This document shows, one piece after another, positions 30,101 to 40,646 of a stretch of DNA of 64,000 nucleotides; the stretch's first letter is position 1; each line of letters opens with the position of its first letter. The translations under genes were made by a program, and so were the position numbers. This DNA comes from an uncultured virus (IMG/VR IMGVR_UViG_3300043427_003288) (taxonomy: Duplodnaviria; Heunggongvirae; Uroviricota; Caudoviricetes), in the IMG/VR virus record IMGVR_UViG_3300043427_003288; one strand, given 5' to 3'. The notes beneath the pieces were generated by a model that was not told the DNA's origin, made no database searches, and was given only the letters and a program-made list of their open reading frames with translations.

Positions 30101-30396
30101 AAACATTTTGTAAAATAGCTTGGGACGGAGGTTCAGTTTTAGCCACTGATAAAAACGGCAGAACTTGGGCTTGGGGATCAGATTATTATAATACTTTGTC
30201 AATTGGCGGCGGTTATTCCGCAACTCCAAAATCAATTAATGGAGATAAAACATTCAATTACATAAATATGAACGGTGCCACTTCTGCTGGCATAGATATA
30301 AAAGGAAGATTATGGACATGGGGAGATTTTTATAGAGCCCAATTAGGACAAGGAATCCCAATGACAGATACTCCTGTTAGGATATATAATTTCTAA
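27136..30396 (+). CDS. tail-tube paralogue fused to a 14-repeat RCC1-like propeller
   Basis: First ~390 aa align by eye with 11778-12941; 14 DKNG-type repeats from about 28306. Confidence 0.75.
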   Translation: MGRPISYEMQMMFVGSVGAFEEAMNTGSGISRLDFIQGYDFSFNIDRPALKQIGSDSFATRQTQFAPDVNFNIQYLLNDGWNEKYIGLDIPQGSLSNPFDTILSSTGDRNFYVSVAKNDGKDQNLQSEIVNSNILSIGNAYISSYEISVAVNQLATVSCSFVGSNASVQDYETSKYLPSVNSAVTGQNAEDANKKFALKFLNNNRNQAYIPKATETFAGGCPYSKCKITPDFQSDGVKSPITFGFFDAVANNFQSMQFAVQFERKSLYGFGNNHPYGRKIQRPIVATLALSALIDDFQAENLSKVFHNEGWSKSSILIEFFNLSDVKKFTISLNNLTLESYSLGARIGDRVLVDTNWTVEVNNGGGSNVEMGGSYRYGTLDVTLVNESFSMPQFLSQIVSVAGLPYAITKDGNLFSWGFFAQTPASDAGIIPRKVFNRSGVSLLADSSGYSRMFLDKNGKAWAWGDNYYGSIGDGTVISRSSPVSVIGNKTFCQIATNSFTSFGVDKNGTAWGWGRTPFVGINVTTEGCTISPVQILNYAPYVPYTVCFCKISVGDRFALCIDQNGKAWGWGANDNAQLGIGSINAGWALLKPVCGNKTFCKISAGYDHSLAIDKNGKAWAWGRGDIGSVGGGVLKCTPVAVSGNITFCRISGGFLNSGGIDKNGEAWQWGGAVSQYPLKVSGSKKTFCQIKAAGSVYYAIDNNNRAWGWGDPRNGKFGNPIFANRRTPTAIGGSTKTFCKVSALVAIDKKGKAWAWGYNEYGSVGDGSTSIRCTPVSVYGNKTFCEIASLANSVLAIDKNGKAWGWGNNSLGQLGDGTSINNLTPVSVYGNRTFCKIASGGSTSIAIDKNGKAWGWGFNYYGQAGIGQGIEVSLTPMSIVGNKTFCQIYNLNIGTFGIDKNGKAWGWGYNYGGELGVGAGSYSNNYSPLEVLGGKTFCQIFYGGSSSIGLDKNGKVWSWGPYPTNIGTNEYGDPLEFVGSPMAVCTNKTFCKIAWDGGSVLATDKNGRTWAWGSDYYNTLSIGGGYSATPKSINGDKTFNYINMNGATSAGIDIKGRLWTWGDFYRAQLGQGIPMTDTPVRIYNF

Positions 30397-30428
30397 TTCA
30401 CATATTTAAACTAATAAGGAATAATTAG

Positions 30429-30435
30429 CTGTAAA
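30429..30435 (+). promoter_or_regulatory. CTGTAAA variant of the putative late promoter
   Basis: Intergenic, begins 14 nt before ATG 30443. Confidence 0.45.
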
Positions 30436-30442
30436 TATACTT

Positions 30443-33400
30443 ATGAGCAGAAGAATCGTAGACCTAGAAGAGTCGCTGATCATTGATGATCAGGATGAGA
30501 TTTTGTTTTTTCAAAACTCGACCAAAAGGTCAAAAAAGGTCAAAAGAGGGAATTTTTTTAGTAGCCGAGGGATTGTTGTTACAGGTAGATTTATAACTCC
30601 AGAGGGAAATGATGTTGGAGCTACTGCGGTGGCAGCGCAAATTGCCGCTTTAGCTGCGCAAGCAAATGCTCAAGGAGCGCAAGCCAGCGCAACTGGGAAG
30701 AATAAAATCTTCTATCAAAATGAGGCTCCAATAAATGGCACATTCATAGGAGCGATAAATGGGACTTCACTAACCGTAAACTCGCCCGGTATTACTAACT
30801 CTGCTTCTGGTGGAGCAGAAATAAGATTAGGTTCAGTTTTGAGCGGAGGAACAGTAACAGCAGGAACAAAAGTAATATCTTTTGTGAGTGGAACTATGGG
30901 GCAAGCGGGAACCTATACAGTAAGCCCAAGCCAAACTGTAGCTCAAACAACGATTACTGTTGACGCAGGATTGATAGATGGAGATATCTGGTATGACACT
31001 AACGATGATTATAAAACTAGATTTTATGATAACGGAAGTTGGGTTGAGGGATTCGCATCTCGCTTTAGACTTGACGCAAATAATAATATAACAGGGCTGC
31101 AAAGAGTTGGAGCTAGTTCAAATTTTGTTTTAGTTGCTGATAATTTTGCGATTACAAATGGATCAAGCAGCGTTGCAGAAGCAGATAGATATCCGTTTCA
31201 AGTTGTAACAGTTGGGGGCGCCCAAAAGGTCTTCATAAAAGAGGCTAATATTCAATTTTTAGATGCTGGCAAATTGACTGCTGGATTTATTGGAGCCCAA
31301 ACAATTGAACTTGGCAATAATGCGGCATTCCTCCAATCAAGATCTTTCGTACCTACTTGGGTAAGCGGATCTTACATAGTTAGAGCTTATAGCACTAGTG
31401 GTGTGAATTTAGGCAAAGTTCTTCCAAGTGACGCTGTACAAGTAAAAGTTTTACAGGATAATGGATCTTATAAATTGTTTAGATCTTTATTGCTGCAAAA
31501 TGGAGGAACAAGCGCGGCTACAATTGCGCCGCCATTAACTGGTGGATCAAATGACAACTGGGCAGAAGTAACTCCAATTCCAACTATATCTATTGATGCG
31601 GGTTACGGCACAACTGCAATTCCAGACTTTGGTTTTAGAATTGTTGGCAATGGCGCTGCGGAATTTACTGGAGCTTTATTCAGAGGCGCAATTGTGGCTC
31701 AAGAAGGATTTTTTGGCTCAACCAAAAATGGTGTTAGAGTCGATACTAGTGGCCTTATAGTAAATAATTTTGGCAGAATAAAATCTGCTGGAATTGGATA
31801 CAATGGAACTGACTTTACAACCAGTGGCACAAATGGAACAAGCGGTGGGTTTTTCTTAGGCAATACTCAATCAGAAGGTCAGGCAGAGCTTTATCAATTT
31901 TTTATTGGTAAACCAGAAGGCAATTATTTACGCTGGAATGGAACGGATTTAAGAGTAAACGGAAGAACCATTTCAACTGGGGCAGCAAATGGAACGGACA
32001 ATAATTACGGAATAACCATTGGCTCTAATTACGGAATTAGATATTATACAGATACTGGCGTATTAACAATGACAGGTGCGAACGCGAATGGTTCTACAAG
32101 CGGCGCACAAATAGATTTAGCTGGCAATAATTGGCAAAATGTAAATAGGGGCGCTTTGGTATTAAGCGCGGGCAAACCAACAACTCCAAATGCAGTATTT
32201 ACTGGTTCAATTAGCGGGACAACGCTAAATGTAACATCAGTGGCAAGCGGAACTATTTTAGTAGGAATGTCTTTAAGTGGTGGTGGAATAACCGCTGGAA
32301 CTGTTATAATAGCAAATGGAAATGGTTCTGGCAGCACTGGAACTTATACTGTTTCTGCATCTCAAGCAGTGGCTTCAACTACTATAACTGGAAGTGCAGG
32401 CATAGCTCCAGGAGCAATACACTTTAGAATCAATGATGAACTTGTTGGTCTTTGGCAGGCTAATAAAAATTTTGAAATTTATAGCACTTTGTGGGTTGGA
32501 GGGAATTTGTTTGCTGGAACGGATTTAAATAATCCAAAATTTAGTGTCAATGGAACTACGGGAGTAGTAACGATAAACGGAGCTACGATAGATGGAGTTT
32601 CAACAATTGGTGGAAGATCTGGCTCAACAATAGCTGGCGCCATAAATTCTTCTGGAGATATTATTACTGATCTTATTAATGCTAGATTTGATACGGAAAC
32701 GAAACAGATTCTTTCTGATTTTTCTTTTGGTACAAGCGGGGCAATTCAGATTGGTTCATATGTAAACGGCGTTTCTGGTGATATTAAAATATCACCGGCT
32801 GGAATAGTTGGAAGAAATTCTTCTGGCGCTACTACTTTTTCATTAAATGGTTCGAATGGGTCGGCAACTTTTGCAGGAACAATTACGGCTTCTACGGGCG
32901 CTATTGCTGGATGGGATATTACTGCATCGTCTCTTTCGAAAAATAATGCAACCATTTCAAGCGCAGGAAGTATATCTTTAGGAGCTGGCGGCGAAAGCGT
33001 AAACTTAAGTTCAGTAGATGGAACTTATAGAATTTGGGTTGGCTCGACAAGCGGGGCAACCGCTGCATTTAGCGTTACTAAAGCTGGAGTTGTAACGGCA
33101 AACGGAGCAATTTTAGATTCTAATTCTACAATTGGAGGACGTTCTGGATCGATAATAGCAGGGGCAATAAATTCAACAGGAGCAATTTCTGGTGTTGTTA
33201 TAAGTAATGTTATAAATAGCGCCTTAAATACACAAGCGTCTCAAATATTATCTAATTTTTCTTTTAGCACAAGTGGTGCGATTCAGATTGGTGCGGTTAA
33301 TGGAACTGTTGGCGAAATAAAAATCAGCCCAAGCGGCATTGTTGCTAAAAATCCTTCTGGAGTTTCAACATTCACTCTAGATGGCATTTCTGGTTCTGCA

Positions 33401-35263
33401 ACTTTTGCTGGACAACTTTCTGCTGCCACTGGGACTTTTGCTGGACAGTTGTCTGCCGCTACAGGAAGTTTTTCAGGTTCAATTACTGCTTCTTCTGGTT
33501 TGGTTGGTGGTTGGACAATTGGCGCTTCGGCTTTAACAGGAGGCAGCGGAAACTCTTCAGTTGGCCTTGCCGTTGATGCGTCAACAGGAGGTGTATCTAT
33601 ATACGCAGGAAATGCCACAAAGAACGATGCTCCATTTAAGGTAACAAATACTGGCGTACTGACTGCTCAAAGTGGAACTGTTGGCGGATGGACGCTTGGA
33701 GCAACTTCTTTAAGCGGCGGTTCAGGTGCAACTAAAGTTGGATTAGAGGTTGATGGGGTATCTGGTGGTGTGTCTATATATGCTGGAAGCGCAACAAAGA
33801 ACGACGCTCCATTTAAGGTAACAAATACTGGAGTTTTAACTTCTATCTCTGGCTCTATAGGCGCTTGGACCATTGATAGCTCATCACTACAAACAACTTC
33901 GGGCGCTTACATACAAGCAGGTCCAAGCGCTAGCAGTTATGTTAAAATTTCTTCAGCAGGAATTACGGGAATATCGGGCACGCTGGGAACCGTATTTAAT
34001 TTACCAACAGATGGAACAAGGCCAACATTTTCTAGTGGAGACATCACTCTAACTAAGTTTGTAATTTCTACTTCAGGAATTATTGAAACATCGACAAGCG
34101 CTGGTAATGGTGGAGCAAATGGTCAAGGTGTAAGAATAAATGATACAGGAATAAAAGGATTTGCTGCAAATAATGCAAATCCAACTTTCCACTTAGATGC
34201 GTCTAACGGAAATCTATCATTAGGATCTACTTCTGGCTCTAATTATTTAAATTGGACTGGATCTTCATTAGAAATGAAGTCAGATGCGGTTTATATTGGA
34301 ATGTCCAAAGAAACAACTCTTGGCACAGGAATATTAAATCAAATAAAGGGGCCAATTGAGCTTTTTGGTTTTGATGGCGATTCTGGCAGTGGATTTGGTA
34401 GTGCAAATGTTTTTTGCAGGTTATTCAATGGAACGCAAGCAACCAAATATTCAGCCCTTGCTGATTCTAACTTTGGAATGAATGGAAGGGCTTGGAAAGC
34501 CTCAACAAGTAGTTGGGAGGATTTTGGAAGAATATCTATAACATTAAAAAACTCCATAGAGACTAATGCTGATTCTTATTTCAGCATGTATGTAAAAAAC
34601 ACAAGCGGAACAAATAAATATCTACAGTTTTATAATGGCAAGCTTATTGTTGACGGTTTACATACATCAGTAAATGCTTTAGGAAAAATAAACGTTCCTG
34701 ACGCTGGAACTTCATCTTCTGACGGAATCTTTTTTAACGCTGATACTAATTTATATAGATGTGGAGCAGATAAAATTGGCACTGATGATGATGTAGTAGT
34801 TGGAGTTGCCACTACTAGATATATTTATTTCAATAATCCTGCTGGAAAAATTGTATGGGCAAATACCACTGGAGATTTGAACGAAAACACTAATGGAGCA
34901 GTAAATTTATATAGAAGCGCCGCGAATTCGTTAAAAACCGATGATGATTTTATTGCGTTATCTGTGACTACAACTTCTGCAAGAAGAACAAAGAAAAATA
35001 TTAAAAAATACAAAGGCGGGATGGATGTCGTTGAAAAATTAAAGCCGGTTTCTTTTGATAGAAAAGTTGATAATAAAAATGATATCGGTTTTATTGCTGA
35101 AGATGTAGAAAAAGCGCTTTCGATGATTGTGACTAGAAACGAAAAAAATGAAATAGAAGGTTTAGACTATTCTAAATTAACTGTTGTTCTAGTAAATGCA
35201 GTCAAAGAGCTTTCAGCAAAAATTAATGAACTAGAATTGAAGTTGAATGCCAACACAAACTAA
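30443..35263 (+). CDS. long tail fibre with C-terminal peptidase S74-type autocleaving chaperone
   Basis: Gly/Ser/Thr-rich repeats; [35 protein letters not shown]. Confidence 0.85.
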   Translation: MSRRIVDLEESLIIDDQDEILFFQNSTKRSKKVKRGNFFSSRGIVVTGRFITPEGNDVGATAVAAQIAALAAQANAQGAQASATGKNKIFYQNEAPINGTFIGAINGTSLTVNSPGITNSASGGAEIRLGSVLSGGTVTAGTKVISFVSGTMGQAGTYTVSPSQTVAQTTITVDAGLIDGDIWYDTNDDYKTRFYDNGSWVEGFASRFRLDANNNITGLQRVGASSNFVLVADNFAITNGSSSVAEADRYPFQVVTVGGAQKVFIKEANIQFLDAGKLTAGFIGAQTIELGNNAAFLQSRSFVPTWVSGSYIVRAYSTSGVNLGKVLPSDAVQVKVLQDNGSYKLFRSLLLQNGGTSAATIAPPLTGGSNDNWAEVTPIPTISIDAGYGTTAIPDFGFRIVGNGAAEFTGALFRGAIVAQEGFFGSTKNGVRVDTSGLIVNNFGRIKSAGIGYNGTDFTTSGTNGTSGGFFLGNTQSEGQAELYQFFIGKPEGNYLRWNGTDLRVNGRTISTGAANGTDNNYGITIGSNYGIRYYTDTGVLTMTGANANGSTSGAQIDLAGNNWQNVNRGALVLSAGKPTTPNAVFTGSISGTTLNVTSVASGTILVGMSLSGGGITAGTVIIANGNGSGSTGTYTVSASQAVASTTITGSAGIAPGAIHFRINDELVGLWQANKNFEIYSTLWVGGNLFAGTDLNNPKFSVNGTTGVVTINGATIDGVSTIGGRSGSTIAGAINSSGDIITDLINARFDTETKQILSDFSFGTSGAIQIGSYVNGVSGDIKISPAGIVGRNSSGATTFSLNGSNGSATFAGTITASTGAIAGWDITASSLSKNNATISSAGSISLGAGGESVNLSSVDGTYRIWVGSTSGATAAFSVTKAGVVTANGAILDSNSTIGGRSGSIIAGAINSTGAISGVVISNVINSALNTQASQILSNFSFSTSGAIQIGAVNGTVGEIKISPSGIVAKNPSGVSTFTLDGISGSATFAGQLSAATGTFAGQLSAATGSFSGSITASSGLVGGWTIGASALTGGSGNSSVGLAVDASTGGVSIYAGNATKNDAPFKVTNTGVLTAQSGTVGGWTLGATSLSGGSGATKVGLEVDGVSGGVSIYAGSATKNDAPFKVTNTGVLTSISGSIGAWTIDSSSLQTTSGAYIQAGPSASSYVKISSAGITGISGTLGTVFNLPTDGTRPTFSSGDITLTKFVISTSGIIETSTSAGNGGANGQGVRINDTGIKGFAANNANPTFHLDASNGNLSLGSTSGSNYLNWTGSSLEMKSDAVYIGMSKETTLGTGILNQIKGPIELFGFDGDSGSGFGSANVFCRLFNGTQATKYSALADSNFGMNGRAWKASTSSWEDFGRISITLKNSIETNADSYFSMYVKNTSGTNKYLQFYNGKLIVDGLHTSVNALGKINVPDAGTSSSDGIFFNADTNLYRCGADKIGTDDDVVVGVATTRYIYFNNPAGKIVWANTTGDLNENTNGAVNLYRSAANSLKTDDDFIALSVTTTSARRTKKNIKKYKGGMDVVEKLKPVSFDRKVDNKNDIGFIAEDVEKALSMIVTRNEKNEIEGLDYSKLTVVLVNAVKELSAKINELELKLNANTN

Positions 35264-37727
35264 ATTTTTAATTACAAGTGGGGTGGCGCTTGTTGATTTA
35301 AGCGGCGTTTTTGAACCGCTTAATGGCGGAACATCTTATACATCAGCGGCGACCAAATATAAAGTTGGGGGCACTGATTTAACTGGAATATTTCATGCAT
35401 CAACTTCTGTTGATGATAGAGTAGACTATGATACTGGATATAAAATAACAGTAGGAGGAACCCCAGTTGACTTAAAAACAATCTTTCGTAAATACGGTTT
35501 TGTTGGAATAACAATAACATCTCAACCAACAAATCAATTTATTGATAATAATACAGCAGCTACCTTTTCGATAACTGCAACAGCGGCAGGAACTCCAACA
35601 TATCAATGGTATAAAAATGGTTCAATAATATCTGGAGCTACATCTACTAGTTACACAACAGGAGCTTTAACTACTGCAAACGACAATGATACTTACTTTT
35701 GTAGAGTTAGTTATAGCGGGTCTTACGTAGATAGCAATTCAGTTGGTGTTAAAATAAAATCATATATAATTTCTCATCCATCAAACTTAACTGTTCATGA
35801 TGGAGATCCAGGTTATTTCGAAGTACAGGGTGGCGGCAGTCAAACATTAAATTTTAAATGGCTTATTGTCAACAGCCCAACATTTGATCCAGAAGGAGCT
35901 GGAAATGTAAATTCAAATACGGATAGGTATAATTTATCAGAAGCTGCTAGTGATTATAATCAGAATGGAGCATTATTTAGATGTCTTGTAAAAAATAGCC
36001 ATTATGGTCAAAATAATGACGTTTCATCAAATTTTGCTACTTTAACTATAATATCGCCTTTAGCTACAATAAGTAGTTACCTAGGGCAAACTCAATTTAA
36101 TCAAGGAGATTTTGTACAGCTTTCATCAACAATAACAAATGGCGCCAAAAATGTTTCTTATCAATGGTATAAAAATGGAAATATAATTTCAGGAGCTACT
36201 AGCTCTACATATAATTTTCAAATCAATGGATCTGGAGATACTGGATCTTATACACTAGTAGTAAGCAACAGGGGAGGATCATACACTACGAATGCAATAT
36301 CTGTTTCTATTATAGCTCCAGAGGTTACAGTTGGAATAACAGGATATACACCTCCATTTGTATTTAATAATGGAACCGTCGTTACTTTAACAGCTACTCT
36401 TTCTCAGGGTCAAAACGTGACATATCAATGGTACGGACCAAATGGAATTATAAGTGGAGCTACGTCTGCAAGTTACATATTTGCTCTGTCTGCTGCAAAT
36501 GATGGAAACTATTATGTTGTAGCTACAAATGCAGGTGGCTCAGACACATCTAATACAGTTTCGATTTATCTTAACCCATATATAATTACAAATCCAAGTT
36601 CAATTACTGTTAATGCTGGAGGTAACGCAAGCTTTACAGTAAGTGCAGAAGGATCTGGGACACTAAATTATCAATGGTATAGATCAACCAGTGGAGGGGC
36701 TTCTTATTCTGCTATAGGAGCTTCAAATTCAACCTTTGTTGATATAGGAGTAACGTCAGCCTATGACGGATACAAGTATTACTGTGTAGTTTCAAGCTCA
36801 GTAAGCGGATCTAGCCCAGTTCAATCTACGGTCGCAACATTAACTGTAAATTATGCTCCGTCAAACCCATCCATCACGGGACAAGAAATTTACAATAATG
36901 GAAATGCGGTTGCGTTTACGGCTTCAGTTACATTAGGTAAGCCAACAAGTACTACTTATACTTGGCAAAGGTCCATAGATGGGGGCTTTAATTGGAGTCA
37001 AGTAGCTCAGACAACTACGACAGCTAGTTCAGACGAACTATCTGTTGGCACGGCTGGAATGGGGATATCTGGATATAAGTATAGATGCGTAATAAGTAAT
37101 AGTGTTGGATCTGTAACGACGGCGGTCAAAACAGTTTATATTAATCCATATATAACGGCAAACCCATCAAGTACAACTGTAAATTCTGGAAGCAATGCGA
37201 CGTTTACAGTAAGCGCTCAAGGTTCTGGAACCTTAACTTACACATGGTATAGAAATGGGGCTACGTTTGGAGCAGCAAATAGCCCTTCGTTTACAGAAGT
37301 AGGAACAGCTCCATCTCAAAATGGTAATACTTATTATTGCGTTGTTTCAAGCTCCATATCTGGAACAAGTCCAGCGACTTCATCTACAGCGACACTAACT
37401 GTAGAGTATGCCCCAATAATAGGCTCTGTTCGATTCAATGGAACAACAGTTACATCAAACTTGCAGGCTTTTACAATTGCTAATGGTCTTACATTTACAT
37501 TGCAAGCTGTTTCAGTTGATGATGGTCAACCAAATGCTACATCAAGAGGCTGGTATAGATACGACGGAACTACATCTCCAGATCCAGAAGGCTACAATGA
37601 ATTGCTTGGGACTAGCGATAGCGTAACTACAGACCAAGGCGATAACGAAACTCAATACTATAGATATAGAATAGCGAATACAGAGGGAACGACTCAATCG
37701 TTTGAAATAGAAGTTAATACAATATAA
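35247..37727 (+). CDS. immunoglobulin-like repeat virion protein
   Basis: Tandem units I...P........A.F.V.A.G...L.YQWY.NG..ISGAT......Y.C.VS. Confidence 0.85.
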   Translation: MPTQTKFLITSGVALVDLSGVFEPLNGGTSYTSAATKYKVGGTDLTGIFHASTSVDDRVDYDTGYKITVGGTPVDLKTIFRKYGFVGITITSQPTNQFIDNNTAATFSITATAAGTPTYQWYKNGSIISGATSTSYTTGALTTANDNDTYFCRVSYSGSYVDSNSVGVKIKSYIISHPSNLTVHDGDPGYFEVQGGGSQTLNFKWLIVNSPTFDPEGAGNVNSNTDRYNLSEAASDYNQNGALFRCLVKNSHYGQNNDVSSNFATLTIISPLATISSYLGQTQFNQGDFVQLSSTITNGAKNVSYQWYKNGNIISGATSSTYNFQINGSGDTGSYTLVVSNRGGSYTTNAISVSIIAPEVTVGITGYTPPFVFNNGTVVTLTATLSQGQNVTYQWYGPNGIISGATSASYIFALSAANDGNYYVVATNAGGSDTSNTVSIYLNPYIITNPSSITVNAGGNASFTVSAEGSGTLNYQWYRSTSGGASYSAIGASNSTFVDIGVTSAYDGYKYYCVVSSSVSGSSPVQSTVATLTVNYAPSNPSITGQEIYNNGNAVAFTASVTLGKPTSTTYTWQRSIDGGFNWSQVAQTTTTASSDELSVGTAGMGISGYKYRCVISNSVGSVTTAVKTVYINPYITANPSSTTVNSGSNATFTVSAQGSGTLTYTWYRNGATFGAANSPSFTEVGTAPSQNGNTYYCVVSSSISGTSPATSSTATLTVEYAPIIGSVRFNGTTVTSNLQAFTIANGLTFTLQAVSVDDGQPNATSRGWYRYDGTTSPDPEGYNELLGTSDSVTTDQGDNETQYYRYRIANTEGTTQSFEIEVNTI

Positions 37728-37762
37728 TATTTAAAAAATAATAAGTTTTTTTAAAATACAGT

Positions 37763-38692
37763 GTGAAAGTCCTTTATGTTTCGCCTCACTTATCGACAGG
37801 TGGACTGCCTCAATACTTATTCAAAAAGATAGAGACGCTAAACCCTTTGTTTGAAATTCACTGTGTAGAATATAAATATCTTGGAAATGTTTATGTTGTC
37901 CAAAGAAATAGAATTATTGATCTGTTAGGCAACAGGTTTTATTCTATGGTTGGGGCTGAAGAGTCTTACTTATTAAAAATTATCGAAGATGTGTCTCCAG
38001 ATGTTATTCATTTTGAAGAATTCCCAGAAACATTTTTAGACCAAGCGATTTGCAGAAAAATTTATTCAAATAATAGAAAATATTTAATATTTGAAACTGG
38101 GCACGGCATTTACTTTGATGCCCAAAATAAAAAATTTATACCAGATAAGTTCATCTTCGTTTCTGAGTATCAGACAAAACTGTATGGTAATTTGGGCGCT
38201 CCATATGAAATAGTTGAGTATCCAATTGAGCATAAAAAGCCACAAAAGAAAACTGCTCAAGAAAAGCTTGGATTCGATCCAAGCAAAAAACACGTTATTA
38301 ATGTTGGCCTTTTTACTAAAGGCAAAAATCAAGGAGAGCTTATTGAGCTAGCTAGAAAACTACCTCAGTTTCAATTTCATTTTATTGGCAATTTAGCTAT
38401 TAATTTTAAAGATTATTGGGAGCCAGTAACAAAAGATTTGCCTAGTAACTGCAAGTTATGGCAAGAAAGATCTGATGTCGATTTGTTTTATCAAGCGGCA
38501 GACCTAATGGTTTTTACTTCAAAAATGGAATGTTCGCCAATTGTGATTAGAGAAGCTATTGGCTGGGGATTAAAAAGCTTGATATATAATTTAAATTCAT
38601 ATTGCAATATGTACGATAAGTTTGCGAATATAGAGTACTTGAAAGAAGGGGATCAAGAGTATAATATAAATTTGATTAAGGACTGTTTATGA
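37763..38692 (+). CDS. glycosyltransferase family 4 (GT-B)
   Basis: PHLSTGG, NVGLFTKGKNQ, FYQAADLMVFTSKMECSPIVIREA. Confidence 0.8.
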   Translation: MKVLYVSPHLSTGGLPQYLFKKIETLNPLFEIHCVEYKYLGNVYVVQRNRIIDLLGNRFYSMVGAEESYLLKIIEDVSPDVIHFEEFPETFLDQAICRKIYSNNRKYLIFETGHGIYFDAQNKKFIPDKFIFVSEYQTKLYGNLGAPYEIVEYPIEHKKPQKKTAQEKLGFDPSKKHVINVGLFTKGKNQGELIELARKLPQFQFHFIGNLAINFKDYWEPVTKDLPSNCKLWQERSDVDLFYQAADLMVFTSKMECSPIVIREAIGWGLKSLIYNLNSYCNMYDKFANIEYLKEGDQEYNINLIKDCL

Positions 38693-39840
38693 AGTATCAA
38701 TTGGCCTACAGCTATCAGAATACGAAAAAAAATATAAATGATTTTAACTTTATATTTAGTTTTATTGACGGAGCGAAGTTGACGATCACTGGCAATTCAG
38801 AGCAGTCTTTCGATGTAAAATTTATAGATTTAGACTCGTCTGCCGTTGTCTATGAAACTGTTTTGAAAACAAATATGTGGGCTTCGCCAACTGCAAAATA
38901 TTTTGTTAATTGGTCGATACAGGTTTTTAAAGAAGGCCACTTGATCAAAAGACATGATTTGTCACTAGCTGGGAAACAGGTAAAGATAGTTTTTGACACT
39001 GGAAGTATTGGAGATTCTGTAGCTTATATAGAAAGCGCGGAAGAGTTCAGGAAAAAGCATGGCTGCAACCTGACTTGCGTTGTCTTTAATAAGGACATGT
39101 GCAAATTATTCAAAGAAAAATATAAAAATATTTCTTTTTATAATTTGGACAAGCAGGATGATTTTCATGCAATTTATAAGATTCAATACCCGATAAAGAA
39201 CTGGCAGGGCATAATAAAAAAAGATCCAAGAACAATTTCTCTGACAGAAGTAGCGCCGCTAACTCTTGGTCTTGAGTTAAAGGAGAGAAGGCCAACCTTT
39301 GGAGAAAAAAAGCCTTCTGATAAAAAGTATGTGTGCATTGCTACTCAAAGCACATCGCAGTGCAAATATTGGAATAATAAAAAAGGCTGGGAGGGGGTAA
39401 TAAAGTATTTAAATGATGCTGGTTACGAAGTTTGGTGCATAGATAGACATTCGTCTTTTGGAAATTCAGGAAACTTTAATCGTATACCAAAAGGGGCGAT
39501 TGATAAAACGGGAGAATTTTTCCTAGCGACCAGAATAGATCAGATATGTGGCGCTGAGTTTTTCATTGGCTTGGGATCTGGACTGTCTTGGTTGGCTTGG
39601 GCTTGTGGAGTTCCGGTAGTTCTTGTGAGCGGGTTTAGCAAAGCTTTTGCAGAGTTCTACACCCCTTATAGAGTTATAAATGAAAACGTATGCAATGGTT
39701 GCTGGAACGACCCATCTTTAGCCTTTGATAAAGGCGATTGGAATTGGTGCCCAAGAAATAAAGACTTTGAATGCACCAAGCAAATAACGCCAGAAGACGT
39801 TATAAAGCACATCAATAAGATTATTAATACTCAACCTTAA
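38689..39840 (+). CDS. autotransporter O-heptosyltransferase-like protein (TibC/Aah family)
   Basis: YVCIATQST.QCKYWNN..GW; FFIGLGSGLSWLAWA..VPVVLVSGFS; four-Cys finger CNGCW..WCPR..FECT. Confidence 0.85.
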   Translation: MKYQLAYSYQNTKKNINDFNFIFSFIDGAKLTITGNSEQSFDVKFIDLDSSAVVYETVLKTNMWASPTAKYFVNWSIQVFKEGHLIKRHDLSLAGKQVKIVFDTGSIGDSVAYIESAEEFRKKHGCNLTCVVFNKDMCKLFKEKYKNISFYNLDKQDDFHAIYKIQYPIKNWQGIIKKDPRTISLTEVAPLTLGLELKERRPTFGEKKPSDKKYVCIATQSTSQCKYWNNKKGWEGVIKYLNDAGYEVWCIDRHSSFGNSGNFNRIPKGAIDKTGEFFLATRIDQICGAEFFIGLGSGLSWLAWACGVPVVLVSGFSKAFAEFYTPYRVINENVCNGCWNDPSLAFDKGDWNWCPRNKDFECTKQITPEDVIKHINKIINTQP

Positions 39841-40204
39841 CTCTGGTTGATTCGTAAGTCTTCTTTTCGCTTGGGTGCTTTGCGCCGTTTCTTCTTTTGG
39901 AATAATCTTTTAAAAACTTATTTTTAACTGGATCTACGCCGCCATTTTGTTTTGCGCGCTTTTCGCTAAGTTCAGCGCTTTTATCGAGCAAGTCTCCATA
40001 CGTGCCTTTCTTATTCTTTGTGGCGTCAACGAATGAGGTGTTGCTGTACGGGTCAATTTGGGCGTCCACTGAGGCATTAGGCACCTGATATACCCTCTTC
40101 CAAATAAGTCCTTCCTGGTCGATGTATGAGTGCTCCTCGTTCATTCCTTGGAATACGTCAATCGTCTCGCCGGTCTTTGGGTTCTCGTAGGTGTACAGTG
40201 GCAT
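39824..40204 (-). CDS. FmdB-like small protein (zinc-ribbon Cys absent)
   Basis: MPLYTYENPKTGETIDVFQGM; ATG 40204 preferred because the longer ORF starts inside a terminator. Confidence 0.6.
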   Translation of the reverse strand: MPLYTYENPKTGETIDVFQGMNEEHSYIDQEGLIWKRVYQVPNASVDAQIDPYSNTSFVDATKNKKGTYGDLLDKSAELSEKRAKQNGGVDPVKNKFLKDYSKRRNGAKHPSEKKTYESTRVKVEY

Positions 40205-40218
40205 ATAAATATGGTAAT

Positions 40219-40244
40219 AAAAAAGCCGCTTTTTCAAGCGGCTT
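40219..40244 (-). terminator. intrinsic terminator after the Hsp20 gene
   Basis: AAGCCGCTT-TTTC-AAGCGGCTT stem with a T tract on the minus strand. Confidence 0.75.
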
Positions 40245-40250
40245 GGGATT

Positions 40251-40592
40251 TTAGTTAATGTCTACCTTCTTTTCTTGTTTTTTCTTCTTTGGAATTTTAA
40301 TTATCAAGACTCCATTTTTCACAGAGCATTGAACCGCAGAGAGATCGAGAGACTCTCTGCAAACCAGAAATGATCTATTGTAATCAGTGTACTCACTCTT
40401 GGCTCTAACAGAGAGCTTATAAGAATCTTCGCAATAAGTGACTGAAACATCATCTTTTCCGCATCCTGTAACGCGAAATACATAAGAGGTCGAATCTTTA
40501 TCGGAAGACTGATTAATATACGCGCAGTCATTCCAAATAGTGCCAGTTCCAGTTGTAGTAGTGTCGTAGTTTACTGAGTAGTAGTATGTCAT
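40251..40592 (-). CDS. small heat-shock protein (Hsp20/alpha-crystallin)
   Basis: V.G..KDDVSV...L.V.A....RSF......V..SVKNGVLIIKIPK and C-terminal VDI motif. Confidence 0.8.
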   Translation of the reverse strand: MTYYYSVNYDTTTTGTGTIWNDCAYINQSSDKDSTSYVFRVTGCGKDDVSVTYCEDSYKLSVRAKSEYTDYNRSFLVCRESLDLSAVQCSVKNGVLIIKIPKKKKQEKKVDIN

Positions 40593-40606
40593 AGTGATTA
40601 CTATTT

Positions 40607-40623
40607 AGCTAACGGCATGCCAA
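40607..40623 (-). promoter_or_regulatory. sigma54-type (-24/-12) promoter candidate
   Basis: Minus strand TTGGCATGCCGTTAGCT, GG-N10-GC spacing, just upstream of hsp20. Confidence 0.55.
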
Positions 40624-40646
40624 GGCTGTTCCAGAGGAGAACGCAA

